The notes beneath the pieces were generated by a model. It was not told where the DNA came from. It saw only the letters and a list, made by a program, of their open reading frames with translations, and did no database searches. This document shows positions 39,449 through 49,465 of a stretch of DNA of 64,000 nt, in pieces (the first letter of the stretch is position 1; every line of letters starts with the position of its first letter). The position numbers and the translations under genes were made by a program. Origin of the DNA: an uncultured Pseudomonadales bacterium (GTDB lineage: Bacteria > Patescibacteriota > Microgenomatia > UBA1400 > CAYXSR01); the NCBI GenBank assembly GCA_964430265.1, contig CAYSEI010000001.1, positions 318,987-382,986 of the forward strand, in the 5' to 3' direction.

Positions 39449-39685
39449 ATGTCACCAACAGCAAGAGAAATATTTAGCGATGCACTAGGAAAAGACGTTA
39501 AAGAAACAGTTGTTAACAGATGGACTGTTAAAAGTCTTCATTTGTTAGAGGGAGATCCGGAGAATCTAACAATTTTTTTGGTAAGAGAAACTAATGACGG
39601 TGAACAAAGCGTGGGTATGTTAAGAAGAATTGACGGTAATGATGTGTTTCCTGACGGTGTATTTGAAGTTATTGATGAAGAATAA
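39449..39685 (+). CDS. Small acidic hypothetical protein (possible paralog of the preceding ORF)
   Basis: SD AGAAAGGA, ATG; shares MS...EIF and LExDxE patterns with ORF 39190. Confidence 0.7.
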   Translation: MSPTAREIFSDALGKDVKETVVNRWTVKSLHLLEGDPENLTIFLVRETNDGEQSVGMLRRIDGNDVFPDGVFEVIDEE

Positions 39686-39721
39686 TAAACAATTGTACGT
39701 GCAATCTGGGAGGTGTTTTAA

Positions 39722-39904
39722 ATGAATGAAAATATTAGTAACGAAGTTAATGCACAAGAGATATGTGATGAAATAGCTGACAATGTTATTGCCTTTCTTG
39801 GAGGAAAGATTGATAACGAAACCCGGGCAGAACGGGAAGCAGAACTATTAGATAGACTTGGAAAAGTTAGAAGTTTAGAAACTTGCGAACCAATAGATCT
39901 TTAA
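39722..39904 (+). CDS. Small acidic helical hypothetical protein
   Basis: Strong SD GGAGGTG, ATG. Confidence 0.65.
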   Translation: MNENISNEVNAQEICDEIADNVIAFLGGKIDNETRAEREAELLDRLGKVRSLETCEPIDL

Positions 39905-39913
39905 TTTATTTTT

Positions 39914-40741
39914 TTACCTAACTAAAATATAAGTAGTTAACATCTCAACTTCAGCTGTTATTGTAGTGTCTTCAGTATCAAATTCAAGCTTTTCCCATTC
40001 TTCTGTTTGATTGTTCCATGCATAAAGCTGTAAATTAGTTGTATCCTCTTTTGTTCTCATGGTTAAATTAGCCTCGTTGATTTCTGTACCACTTGGTGCA
40101 AAAAATGCATAAGGTCCTTCAACAATTTCTTTATCAATATTTCCGGGAAGACCTAAAGGATCAGCTACTATTATTGGTGTGTTAGCAGATACTTCATTTT
40201 GTGGTATCTCTAAGATTGCTTTGCTGTTTCTGGAAGTAAAAACACTGTCTTCATCAGCATATTTGCCGATTGTAAAATCTCCTTTTAAACTGTATTCCTC
40301 TACTCCGCCGGAAAAATGAATAAAATAGCTTCCTGCAGATACTCCAGTATCATATTTTTTTACTCCTTTTGATTGGGAGCAAAAACAAAATTCTTTTGGT
40401 TCTGTTGGGTTACTTGCTTTACTTAAATCAATTCTGCCAATCCCGCCTTGGATAATCGTTCCACCGGCATCATTAGCTGCTTGATATTCGATTTCGTATT
40501 CTGCCATTTGTGCTTGATAATTATTTAAGCTTAAAAAGATTTCTCCTCCGTTTGCTGAAGGGGTTAAACTTAAATATGGTCTTTCCTTTATCGCCTTGGT
40601 ATTGATGTTCTGCACTTGTCTTTTTTCTTCTGGCTGTTCAGTTTCTTCTACAGGCGCATTATTATTTCTAAATAAAAAGAAAGCACCAATACCTAATGCT
40701 AAAAGCAAAGATACAATTATTAAAATTTTATTTTTTTTCAT
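39914..40741 (-). CDS. Membrane-anchored hypothetical surface protein
   Basis: SD AAAGGAG before ATG 40741; MKKNK plus TM, then a beta-rich ectodomain. Confidence 0.75.
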   Translation of the reverse strand: MKKNKILIIVSLLLALGIGAFFLFRNNNAPVEETEQPEEKRQVQNINTKAIKERPYLSLTPSANGGEIFLSLNNYQAQMAEYEIEYQAANDAGGTIIQGGIGRIDLSKASNPTEPKEFCFCSQSKGVKKYDTGVSAGSYFIHFSGGVEEYSLKGDFTIGKYADEDSVFTSRNSKAILEIPQNEVSANTPIIVADPLGLPGNIDKEIVEGPYAFFAPSGTEINEANLTMRTKEDTTNLQLYAWNNQTEEWEKLEFDTEDTTITAEVEMLTTYILVR

Positions 40742-40758
40742 GGGAGCTCCTTTATGTA

Positions 40759-42123
40759 TCAAACTTCTAATTTATTTTGAAAGTAATCTTTTAGTTTAAC
40801 AATTTTAATTCTGTCTTGTTTCATTGTGTCTCTGTCACGGACTGTGACAGCTTGGTCTTCTAAAGTATCAAAATCTATTGTTATACACCAGGGAGTGCCA
40901 ATCTCATCTTGGCTGTAATACCTCTTCCCTATATTACCCCTGTCGTCCCAAGCCACATTATAATCAGTACGAAGATCATTGTATACTTCCCTTGCTTTTT
41001 TAACAAGCTCGGGTTTATTGGAGAGCAAGGGAAACACTGCCATTTTATATGGTGCTAAAACAGGAGGCAGTTTTAAAACAGTTCTTTTATCAATTTCATG
41101 ATAAGCGTTTATTAAAACTGTGGTCAAAGATCTGGTAATACCAAACGTTGGTTCAACTACATGCGGTATAAATTTGTCTCCAGTCTGCGGATCAGTGTAT
41201 CTCAAATCAGTTCCTGATTTTTCCATATGGTTTTTTAAATCAAAATCTGTTCTGTAAGCAACAGCAAACCATTCTTTGAAACCAAAGGGATATTTATATT
41301 CCAGATCTTCAGTCCTTTTTGAATAATGAGATAGTTCATTACTGGTATGCGGACGCCAGCGAAGATTTTCTTTTTTTATCCCTAATTTATATGCAAATTT
41401 TTCAATTTTACTTTTCCAAAATTCAAACCATTTTTCCCATTCTTCTTTTCTAACAAAATATTCAAACTCAGCCAAATCAAATTCAAGTACTCGGAAGGTA
41501 AACTTACCCAAAGTAATTTCGTTTCTAAAAGATTTGCCGATTTGCGCCAAACCAAAAGGAAGCTGTGGCTGCATTGAATCTAATACATTTTTAAATGAGA
41601 TAAACATACCTTGTGCAGTTTCACCGCGCAAATATGCAGTATTCTTTTTGCCTTTTATAATACCCACTTCGGTTTTAAATAATAAGTTGAATGCACGCGG
41701 TTCTGTCCAGTCAAAAGAAGCACACTGCGGACATTTAATTTTGTTTTCATCAATGATTTCTTTTAATTCTTCCGGTGTTTTACCTTCAACCTTAGCATCC
41801 TCTAAGGCATCTTCGATTAAATGGTCTGCCCGAGTCCTTAACCCGCAGTTTTTACAGTCAAGTTGCACGTCGGCAAAACTTTTTGTATGTCCAGAGGCTT
41901 CCCAAACTTTGGGGTTCATTAAAATACTGGTATCCAAACCGTAAATTTCAGGATAATTATGCACAAACTCATCCCACCATAAGTTGGTGATATTTCTTTT
42001 TAGCTCTACACCTAAAGGGCCCAAATCATATGTATTGGCCAGGCCTCCGTATACTTCAGAACCCGGGAAAATAAAACCGCGTCTTTTTGCCAATGAAACT
42101 ACTTTTTTTAATTTATCTGCCAT
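40759..42123 (-). CDS. glyQS: Glycine--tRNA ligase (alpha2 type)
   Basis: RRGF, YGG, LRGETAQG, GKSFRNEI, HYS, EPTFG, IGKRY..QDEIGTP. Confidence 0.96.
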   Translation of the reverse strand: MADKLKKVVSLAKRRGFIFPGSEVYGGLANTYDLGPLGVELKRNITNLWWDEFVHNYPEIYGLDTSILMNPKVWEASGHTKSFADVQLDCKNCGLRTRADHLIEDALEDAKVEGKTPEELKEIIDENKIKCPQCASFDWTEPRAFNLLFKTEVGIIKGKKNTAYLRGETAQGMFISFKNVLDSMQPQLPFGLAQIGKSFRNEITLGKFTFRVLEFDLAEFEYFVRKEEWEKWFEFWKSKIEKFAYKLGIKKENLRWRPHTSNELSHYSKRTEDLEYKYPFGFKEWFAVAYRTDFDLKNHMEKSGTDLRYTDPQTGDKFIPHVVEPTFGITRSLTTVLINAYHEIDKRTVLKLPPVLAPYKMAVFPLLSNKPELVKKAREVYNDLRTDYNVAWDDRGNIGKRYYSQDEIGTPWCITIDFDTLEDQAVTVRDRDTMKQDRIKIVKLKDYFQNKLEV

Positions 42124-42133
42124 AAGTTATATT

Positions 42134-42685
42134 CTATAGATTTATAGACAGCTTTTTCAAGAGGAAATCTGAGTTGACCCTTTTTTCTATTATTTCTTCA
42201 ATATGATTATTAACCGAGCGTATGTCTTTTTTAACAGGTACTCCAAACCCAAGAATCTCAAGGAGGCGTATTTTAAACTGATGGATCAGTTCAGAAGATT
42301 CTTTTTCCTTTTCCAATTTTTTAAGATAGTTTTTTAAAAGATCAAACACCTGCTGATTTTCCTGTTCATAAGGTGTCAGTTGATCAACAAGCTCACACAT
42401 TTCCCATCCCCAGAAAGTTTTTTTTAATTGCTTAGAAATGTCAGGATAGCTAGTGACTGCATCCGCTTCAGTAAGAATATCAAAGCCGCGCCTGCTTAAT
42501 AAAAAAAGGTTTGCCAAAGTAAAAGGTTCAATATTGCCCCGCTTTCTGGAAGTGACACGGCGCACGCCCTTAGCCAGGCACGTAATTTTACCATAATACT
42601 TGGAATATATAGTAAGCACACGATCTGTTTCCTGATAATCAAAGCGCTTTAAAATAATACCTGGAGTTTTGTAAGTTTTACTCAT
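42134..42685 (-). CDS. recO: DNA repair protein RecO (short form)
   Basis: GIILKR.DY.E.D, GKI..LAKGVR, EPF; lacks the C-terminal Zn region. Confidence 0.9.
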   Translation of the reverse strand: MSKTYKTPGIILKRFDYQETDRVLTIYSKYYGKITCLAKGVRRVTSRKRGNIEPFTLANLFLLSRRGFDILTEADAVTSYPDISKQLKKTFWGWEMCELVDQLTPYEQENQQVFDLLKNYLKKLEKEKESSELIHQFKIRLLEILGFGVPVKKDIRSVNNHIEEIIEKRVNSDFLLKKLSINL

Positions 42686-42728
42686 AAACCAAATTAATTA
42701 TATTAAATATATTTAATTAAACGAAGAA

Positions 42729-44636
42729 TTATTTTTCAAATACAACTTCCTGGTCAGTATTGAGTTTAATTTCTTTTTGCTTGCCGTCAAAAATTATCTG
42801 ATGCGGTATTTCTCTTGTTCCCGGTTGTTTCTGCACCAATAATTTGTAGTTATTCTGATTAACAGTATTTTCAGGAAGATAGTATTCAACCACTAACTTG
42901 GCTCTGCCACCATCTCCTCTAAGAGTGAAAAATCCTTCAAACACTTGTTTGTCTAGATCTTGATATGTTTGCGGTTCGGTTTCCGATCCCAAAAATTCAA
43001 TTAATTCACTTCCCTTAGGAACATAAATTCTCACATAATCCCTTAAAATGCCATTTAAGCAGAGACCAGTCTCTCTTTCCAGGTTGCAGTTATCCATTGG
43101 TTCCGGATTGGTATATGTTATTTCCAGTTTCTTTTTTAGTCTGCCGTTATCAAACGAAACTTCCTGTTTAACTTTCTGTTCAACAAAAAAGTTTGATTTA
43201 GCTCCACCAAAATTACTGTTATTAATATGCAGATAATCACCTTCATAGCTGCTAATCCTGCCTGCCGCATTAATCTCTTCAGCCGCTTCCTGTTCGGTTT
43301 CGTCCATATAATACATAAGGAAATGTTTTTCCTGCATGTTTTGTATTGCCAGTTTGAAAAATGCCGGCCAGTGGCTGGTAGGTGCAGTCATGGCTTTTTG
43401 CATGATTGCTTGCATCATTGGGCCTAAAACACCTTTTCTATCCTGTCTTATTCCAGGAATTGGTATGCCAACTAGGTGTTCGAGTTCACAGATTAAATTG
43501 GGGATACCATGACAGCGGTCATCTGGCTCCATGGTAAATTTACCGTACCCCGGAACATCAAGTGGTCCCAATAAGGTAACTAAATCTTTAAGGATTTTAG
43601 TGTCAATAGCAATTATTCCCTGGACTTCCGGTTCTCCAGGAACTTGTTCATAATATTTATTAAATGTATCCATTGACACTTTATAGTCAGGTGAAAGGTT
43701 CATATCCCTTAAATACCAGTTAGGAACAAGTCCTACATTTAAATCTGCACTTAATAAATATCTTTTAATTGGGTCTGGAGCATCTACGTTGCTATTAAAT
43801 TTTTCGTCCAAATGGTATATGTCATTGCTTCCTTCCGCAGTAATTTTGCCCGAGTCAGCTTTTAAAATTGCATAAGCAGTCATAAAACCACCCGTAGCAC
43901 GCAGTTCACCGTCATTTTGGAAAATAACCAAATATTTGCGTTCGTCAGGATATCCCAGCATTTCCGGTAAAGTATGTAATATGGGTTGGAAGTCCTCTAA
44001 ATAGGCTATTGTTTCTTCAAACTGATCTTCAGCCTCCTGTAACCTTTTTCTTATTATTGTTCCTCTAAACTCTTTAGGATATCTATTAGGATCAATTTGC
44101 CCAAATTCTGCTTGTGCTTGGGAAAGTTTTTCAATAGCTTCATCCACATCCGGTGTTATCTTGCCTAAAGTCTCAACAATTTTAACTAATCTTTCTTCAA
44201 CACTGCCTCCAGTAAAAGTTCCTTCTCCCTGAAAGCCCAAAACATCAGCATAAGGATTAATTGCTCCGGTTAACTGAATTCCTGCATCAACACTTAAAAG
44301 ACCAGCCTTAATTGCATGCTTGCCGTCTGTGTAATAGTTTTTAATGTAGGGAACATGTTTTGTCCAGCTTAATGACTGGTAATCTTGTTGAGTTTGTTCA
44401 AGTTCAGTTTTTGTTTTTCTAAGTTCTTCATTTGCTTTCACTAAGTCTTGTGATTTGAATGCAGCATATGCCTGCTGTCCTGCAAGCATTGCTTTTTGCG
44501 CGCTCTGTTTAATTTTATTGACTGATAGAAAAGTGATTACTCCTAAGCTGATTAAAGCAATTAAAAAAACTGCCAGGATGTACCAGCCCTTTTTAATACT
44601 AGCCAATTTTTGTGTGATTGTTTTGAATTTTACCAT
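42729..44636 (-). CDS. DUF4012-domain membrane-anchored protein
   Basis: YLVIFQNDGELRATGGF, RDMNLSPD, NFGGAKS, LLVQKQPG. Confidence 0.85.
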   Translation of the reverse strand: MVKFKTITQKLASIKKGWYILAVFLIALISLGVITFLSVNKIKQSAQKAMLAGQQAYAAFKSQDLVKANEELRKTKTELEQTQQDYQSLSWTKHVPYIKNYYTDGKHAIKAGLLSVDAGIQLTGAINPYADVLGFQGEGTFTGGSVEERLVKIVETLGKITPDVDEAIEKLSQAQAEFGQIDPNRYPKEFRGTIIRKRLQEAEDQFEETIAYLEDFQPILHTLPEMLGYPDERKYLVIFQNDGELRATGGFMTAYAILKADSGKITAEGSNDIYHLDEKFNSNVDAPDPIKRYLLSADLNVGLVPNWYLRDMNLSPDYKVSMDTFNKYYEQVPGEPEVQGIIAIDTKILKDLVTLLGPLDVPGYGKFTMEPDDRCHGIPNLICELEHLVGIPIPGIRQDRKGVLGPMMQAIMQKAMTAPTSHWPAFFKLAIQNMQEKHFLMYYMDETEQEAAEEINAAGRISSYEGDYLHINNSNFGGAKSNFFVEQKVKQEVSFDNGRLKKKLEITYTNPEPMDNCNLERETGLCLNGILRDYVRIYVPKGSELIEFLGSETEPQTYQDLDKQVFEGFFTLRGDGGRAKLVVEYYLPENTVNQNNYKLLVQKQPGTREIPHQIIFDGKQKEIKLNTDQEVVFEK

Positions 44637-45274
44637 TTGCTTATCATTGCCGGTGGAGTTTTAAAAATAATTTTAAGGTCCCACCATAAAGAATAGTTCT
44701 TAGCATATTTATAATCCATTTTAGCACGTTTTACAAAAGGAATTTCATTTCTACCCGATGTCTGCCAGGGACCGGTAATTCCTGGTTTAACTTTTAAAAC
44801 TTCTTCTATCCACTTTTTAGTCTGAGGGTACTTTTTTGTCTGCTCATCAAGTTCTTTTTTAACATACGCCCTTGGCCCTACAATACTCATGTCCCCTTTT
44901 AAAACATTCCATAATTGCGGGAATTCGTCAATAGTTAAATTGCGCAAAAGCTTTCCCAAAGGAGTTATTCTGGGATCGTCTTCAAGTTTCCAGTCACAGG
45001 ACTTAAACTTTTTTAAAAGTTCGGGGTTTGTTTTTAAATATTTATCTGCATTGGGTATCATGGTTCTGAACTTAAAAAGCCAGAATTCTTTACCGTCCTT
45101 GCCGATTCTAAGATGTTTGTAGAAAACCGGACCACCAGTAAGCTTAAGAAGTAAAGGTACCATAATCCAAATAGGAAAAAAAACAATTGCCAGGATAAAA
45201 ACCAAAACAATGTCCATCAATCTTTTTACTGGTTCATAAGGAAGAAAATCCTTAGAGGTATTTTTCTTTGCCAT
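44630..45274 (-). CDS. Undecaprenyl-phosphate sugar phosphotransferase (priming glycosyltransferase)
   Basis: KRLMD, KFRTM, DDPRIT, DEFPQLWNVLKGDMSIVGPR, KPGITG.WQ. Confidence 0.93.
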   Translation of the reverse strand: MAKKNTSKDFLPYEPVKRLMDIVLVFILAIVFFPIWIMVPLLLKLTGGPVFYKHLRIGKDGKEFWLFKFRTMIPNADKYLKTNPELLKKFKSCDWKLEDDPRITPLGKLLRNLTIDEFPQLWNVLKGDMSIVGPRAYVKKELDEQTKKYPQTKKWIEEVLKVKPGITGPWQTSGRNEIPFVKRAKMDYKYAKNYSLWWDLKIIFKTPPAMISKW

Positions 45275-46367
45275 TTTTCTTTAACTTTTTAACAATCTGT
45301 TTAACTTCCTGAGTCCTGTTTTTGGGACAAATTAATAATGCATCTTTGGCATCTACTACTACCATATTCTTAAGACCGATAACCGTTACCAATTGTTTGT
45401 CCGTGTGGATCAAGCAGTCCTGAACTTCTTTACCAATGTATCCGCCATTGTCATCGTTTTGTATAACAACGTTGTTTGCTTCGGATTTGTCGCCTAAATC
45501 ATGCACCACACTCCAATCCCCAACATCACTCCAGCCAAAGTCGCCTGGGACCATTAACATTTTATCAACCTTTTCGGAAATTGCATAATCAATTGATATT
45601 TTTACCACTTCAGAATACTCTTTTTCCAATACTTTTTTTTCTTTATCAGTGCCAATTGCTTTCTGGATATTTTTTATCCTTGCCCCTATTTCTGGTGCAT
45701 AATTCTTGAAAGCATCCAATACTGTTTTTGTTCTCCAAGTATACATGTTTGCATTCCAAAAATATTGCCCGGTGGCTAAAAAAGCTTTGGCTGCAGTTAA
45801 TTTAGGTTTTTCAGTAAATCCTTCAACTTCCAAAACCGGTAAATTACCTACTTTTTTAATTTCATCTTTGGCATGAATATATCCTAGACCTGTATGTGCA
45901 TATGTAGGGTTAATGCCTACGGTTACAATATGTTTATCCTCATAAGCAACTTGTGCAGCAATCTTCAATGTTTTTCTGAACTCTTTAACATCTTGAATCA
46001 TATGGTCAGATGCGAGGTTAACTATTACTGCATCCGGATCTTGATCATGAACATAAGCAGAAGCAACACCCATTGCCATTGCTGTATCCTTTTTATATGG
46101 TTCGGCAATAATGTTTTGTTTGGGAATTGAAGGTGATTCCTTTTTTATTTCATCCACATAAAGCTTGTTGGTGATAATAAAGATTCTTTCCGGAGGAATA
46201 ATACCCTTAACCCGTTTAATCGCTTTCTGATAAAGAGTCTCTTTACCAAATAGATGGATAAATTGCTTGGGAGTTTTTTTGCGTGAACGCGGCCAAAGAC
46301 GTGTGCCACCGCCACCACATAAAACTACCATGTATAAATGATTTAAGTATTCCTTATTGTCAGGCAT
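45252..46367 (-). CDS. manC: Mannose-1-phosphate guanylyltransferase
   Basis: GGGGTRLWP.SR..PKQF, AEP, SDH, GYI, FTEKP, WN, SIDYA, WSDVG. Confidence 0.93.
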   Translation of the reverse strand: MPDNKEYLNHLYMVVLCGGGGTRLWPRSRKKTPKQFIHLFGKETLYQKAIKRVKGIIPPERIFIITNKLYVDEIKKESPSIPKQNIIAEPYKKDTAMAMGVASAYVHDQDPDAVIVNLASDHMIQDVKEFRKTLKIAAQVAYEDKHIVTVGINPTYAHTGLGYIHAKDEIKKVGNLPVLEVEGFTEKPKLTAAKAFLATGQYFWNANMYTWRTKTVLDAFKNYAPEIGARIKNIQKAIGTDKEKKVLEKEYSEVVKISIDYAISEKVDKMLMVPGDFGWSDVGDWSVVHDLGDKSEANNVVIQNDDNGGYIGKEVQDCLIHTDKQLVTVIGLKNMVVVDAKDALLICPKNRTQEVKQIVKKLKKNGKEKYL

Positions 46368-47455
46368 TTATCCTCCACAAATTTTTTAATTTGTTTCTTA
46401 AACTTATTTTTATCAAATTTTTGTGCATTGTCCAAGCAGTCATCTACTTTAAATTCCATACTTTCAAACTCTTTAACAGCCTTTATTATACTTTCTACAG
46501 TTTGTTTTTCAAAAAATATCCCGGTTTTGTTTTCAATAATTGTGTCCAAAGCTCCGCCCTTTTTATAGGCAATAACCGGTCTGCCGGCTGCCTGTGCTTC
46601 TACTGCAGCTATACCAAAATCTTCATTCTGCGGCATTATAAAAGCGCGACATGTTTGATAATAGTGTATTAAAGCCTTGTCTGTCAATTGACCAAGGAAT
46701 TCAATATTTTCATTAGCTTGAGCGTTTAGTTTGTTTTTCATGCTTCCAGTCCCAATAATTTTTAAAGGCAGACCAAGCTGGTTAAAGGCTTTTACAGCTA
46801 AATCTATTCTTTTGTAAGGTTCAAGCCTGCTGATAATTAAGAAGAAATCATCCATTTGTATGTTTTTACGCGGCTTGAATTTATTGGTTTCGACTGGAGG
46901 AAATATAATCTTGGATTTTCGCTTGTAATATTTTTTAATCCTTTTTTTTACTGTATTGGATATAGCAAGATATTCATCCGGTCTTTGTGCTGCAACTAAA
47001 TCCCATTTTTTTAATTTAGGCGCTAGAAATTTAAAAAACTTTTTAGCAAAAAAAGATAAAAACCCAAAACCTGGTTGCTTAAGATATTCTTTATAACCAG
47101 AATACAAATAACGTGTGGGAGTTAAACAATAACAGATATGTAAAGTATCAGGCTTGCTAATAACTGCTTTAGCTTCCGCACTGGTAACAGAAAGCACAAC
47201 ATCATATTTATCAAAAGAAAAAGATTCAAATGCAAAAGGCGTCAGCCAGGGATAAAAACGGTGGCTTTTTTTGGCAAAGGGAAATTTTTGCATAAAGGAA
47301 GTTTTAATATTAAAATCATTTGCCCAGGCAGCAGTTTCCTTATTATACACAGCAGTAAACAATGAAGCCTTAGGCCAGATTTCATGTAATGCTAAAAGCA
47401 CTTTTTCTGCACCGCCGATTTTATTTACTCGGTCATATACCAAAGCTATTTTCAT
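46343..47455 (-). CDS. Glycosyltransferase family 4 (WbaZ-like mannosyltransferase)
   Basis: GGAEKVL, YCLTPTRY, EDFGIAAVEA. Confidence 0.9.
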   Translation of the reverse strand: MKIALVYDRVNKIGGAEKVLLALHEIWPKASLFTAVYNKETAAWANDFNIKTSFMQKFPFAKKSHRFYPWLTPFAFESFSFDKYDVVLSVTSAEAKAVISKPDTLHICYCLTPTRYLYSGYKEYLKQPGFGFLSFFAKKFFKFLAPKLKKWDLVAAQRPDEYLAISNTVKKRIKKYYKRKSKIIFPPVETNKFKPRKNIQMDDFFLIISRLEPYKRIDLAVKAFNQLGLPLKIIGTGSMKNKLNAQANENIEFLGQLTDKALIHYYQTCRAFIMPQNEDFGIAAVEAQAAGRPVIAYKKGGALDTIIENKTGIFFEKQTVESIIKAVKEFESMEFKVDDCLDNAQKFDKNKFKKQIKKFVEDKCLTIRNT

Positions 47456-48569
47456 AAACCTCCATTGTTTTTCTAGCACACTTTTCCCAGCTAAACTTTT
47501 TTGCTCTTTTCTTTCCTTTATTAATTAATCCCTTTTTTAATTCCTTATTACTTAGCAGTTTGTCAATTTTTTCTTCAATGTCATAGATATCCAAAGGATC
47601 AAAATACATAGCTGCATCAGAATAAACTTCTGTAAAACAGCTTGCATCACTGGCAAGAACAGGACATCCAGCAGCCATTGCTTCCAGACCGGGTAGTCCA
47701 AAACCTTCCATTAAGGAAGGAGTTACAAAGGCTTCCGCTTCCTGGTACAAAGCGCTTAACTCATTATCAGCAACAAATCCAGGATGAATAACAAAATCTT
47801 TTGCTTTAAGTTTGATAAGTTTGGTCTCAAGTCTTTTTAAAAACACGTTTCTTGATCCGATAATTAAAAGATTAATCTTTCCTTTTTTTTCATATATTTT
47901 TAAAGCCTTAATTAATCTGTCAATATTTTTATGCGGATATACACTGCCAACATATAGGAGGTAAGGTTTTTGTATATTATGTTTTTCTAGAATTTTGTTT
48001 TTTTCATTCTGATGAATCTTGCTGAAAAACTTACTTTCTACTCCTTCATAAACAACATTAACCTTGCTGGTTTTAAGCTTAGGGTAAAACCGTTCCAGTT
48101 CTTTTTTCACCCATTTACTGGGTACAATTATTTGTTTAGCATTAAATATGGTGGTTTTAAATACCAGTTTATAAATTAAAAACTTAATCCAATAAAAAAG
48201 CAAAAAACGGGTGGTTGTTTTTGGTCCCTTGGATTTGTGTTTAATTAAATCATGAATGGTAACCACAAAATCATTTTTAAAAAATATTGGCACATTAAAA
48301 TGTGGAAAATGTACCAGATCAAAATCCTTTTTGTTTAACAACCTAGGTAAAAGTAATTGTTCCTTAATTGAATAATGCCGACCCTCGGTAATTAAATATT
48401 TAAACTTTGTACCTAACTCTTTTTTAATTTCTTTTAAATCTTTTTTTCTGACAATTAAAGTATATTTAGCAGCGGGAAAATTCTTAAGTAAGTTAGAAAC
48501 ATATCTCCCGATTCCTGCATGCTTTAATCCATACATCCTCGCATCAATTGCTATATTTTTATTATTCAT
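47433..48569 (-). CDS. Glycosyltransferase family 4 (MtfB-like)
   Basis: IDAR, GIGRY, TIHDL, HKN, EGFGLPGLEAM. Confidence 0.9.
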   Translation of the reverse strand: MNNKNIAIDARMYGLKHAGIGRYVSNLLKNFPAAKYTLIVRKKDLKEIKKELGTKFKYLITEGRHYSIKEQLLLPRLLNKKDFDLVHFPHFNVPIFFKNDFVVTIHDLIKHKSKGPKTTTRFLLFYWIKFLIYKLVFKTTIFNAKQIIVPSKWVKKELERFYPKLKTSKVNVVYEGVESKFFSKIHQNEKNKILEKHNIQKPYLLYVGSVYPHKNIDRLIKALKIYEKKGKINLLIIGSRNVFLKRLETKLIKLKAKDFVIHPGFVADNELSALYQEAEAFVTPSLMEGFGLPGLEAMAAGCPVLASDASCFTEVYSDAAMYFDPLDIYDIEEKIDKLLSNKELKKGLINKGKKRAKKFSWEKCARKTMEVYENSFGI

Positions 48570-48571
48570 TT

Positions 48572-49465
48572 TTATTTGACCTTGTTTATAAACAGCCTGG
48601 TTTTACCTTTAAGTTTAATGCCCAGTAAAACAATATTTGTCAGCCATTGCGGATATTTGTCTTTATAAAACTTGTTGTAGAAAATCTCCATTGCTTTAAT
48701 TGATTCTTGCGCTGCTTTGACCCGGGTTTCTTTTAAAACTTGTAAATCCTTGGTTTCTTTTCTGATACCAGAACTGGCACCTTTGTAATGCAAAGATTCT
48801 ACATGGGGAAAGTATGCTATTTCCCAATCCTTTTGCTTTAATGAATAGCAAAAATCAAGGTCTTCACCATAGAAAAAATATTCTTCACTCCACCAGCCAA
48901 CTTGATCTCCAGCCTCTTTTCTTACCAACATAAAAGCTCCGCAGCAGGAGTCAATATAATGTGTTTCCTGCATGTTTTTATACATTTGATGGTATTGGCC
49001 AAAGATTTTACTTTTGGGGAAAAGCTTTTCCAAGCCTAAAAAATAAGATAGTGCAGCCCAGGGTGTAGGAAAACCACGATGGCAGTCAGGATCAATTTTA
49101 TTATTTCTTAAAACAAGTTTTGGTGTAATTGCTCCCACTTCTTTGTTGTCATCCATGTATTTCAAGAGCATCTCAAATGCGTCTTTTTTAACCAAAACAT
49201 CTGAATTAAGAAAAACAACATAATCACCACAAGATTTTTTAACACCAATATTATTTCCTATTGAAAATCCTAGGTTTTCCTTTAACCTAATCAGTTTAAT
49301 CTTAGGAAAAAATTCTTCAACCATTTCCGGACTTTTATCAGTGGAAGCTGAATCAACCACAATAATTTCAGCTTGTATATTTACTAACGCCTGCTGACAT
49401 TTTTGCAGACATTTTTTTAAAATAACTTTGGTGTTATGATTAAGAACAATTACACTAAGCTTCAT
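48572..49465 (-). CDS. Glycosyltransferase family 2 (rhamnosyltransferase-like)
   Basis: VVDSASTD, NLGFSIGNN, LNSD, YGEDLD, HYKGAS. Confidence 0.9.
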   Translation of the reverse strand: MKLSVIVLNHNTKVILKKCLQKCQQALVNIQAEIIVVDSASTDKSPEMVEEFFPKIKLIRLKENLGFSIGNNIGVKKSCGDYVVFLNSDVLVKKDAFEMLLKYMDDNKEVGAITPKLVLRNNKIDPDCHRGFPTPWAALSYFLGLEKLFPKSKIFGQYHQMYKNMQETHYIDSCCGAFMLVRKEAGDQVGWWSEEYFFYGEDLDFCYSLKQKDWEIAYFPHVESLHYKGASSGIRKETKDLQVLKETRVKAAQESIKAMEIFYNKFYKDKYPQWLTNIVLLGIKLKGKTRLFINKVK

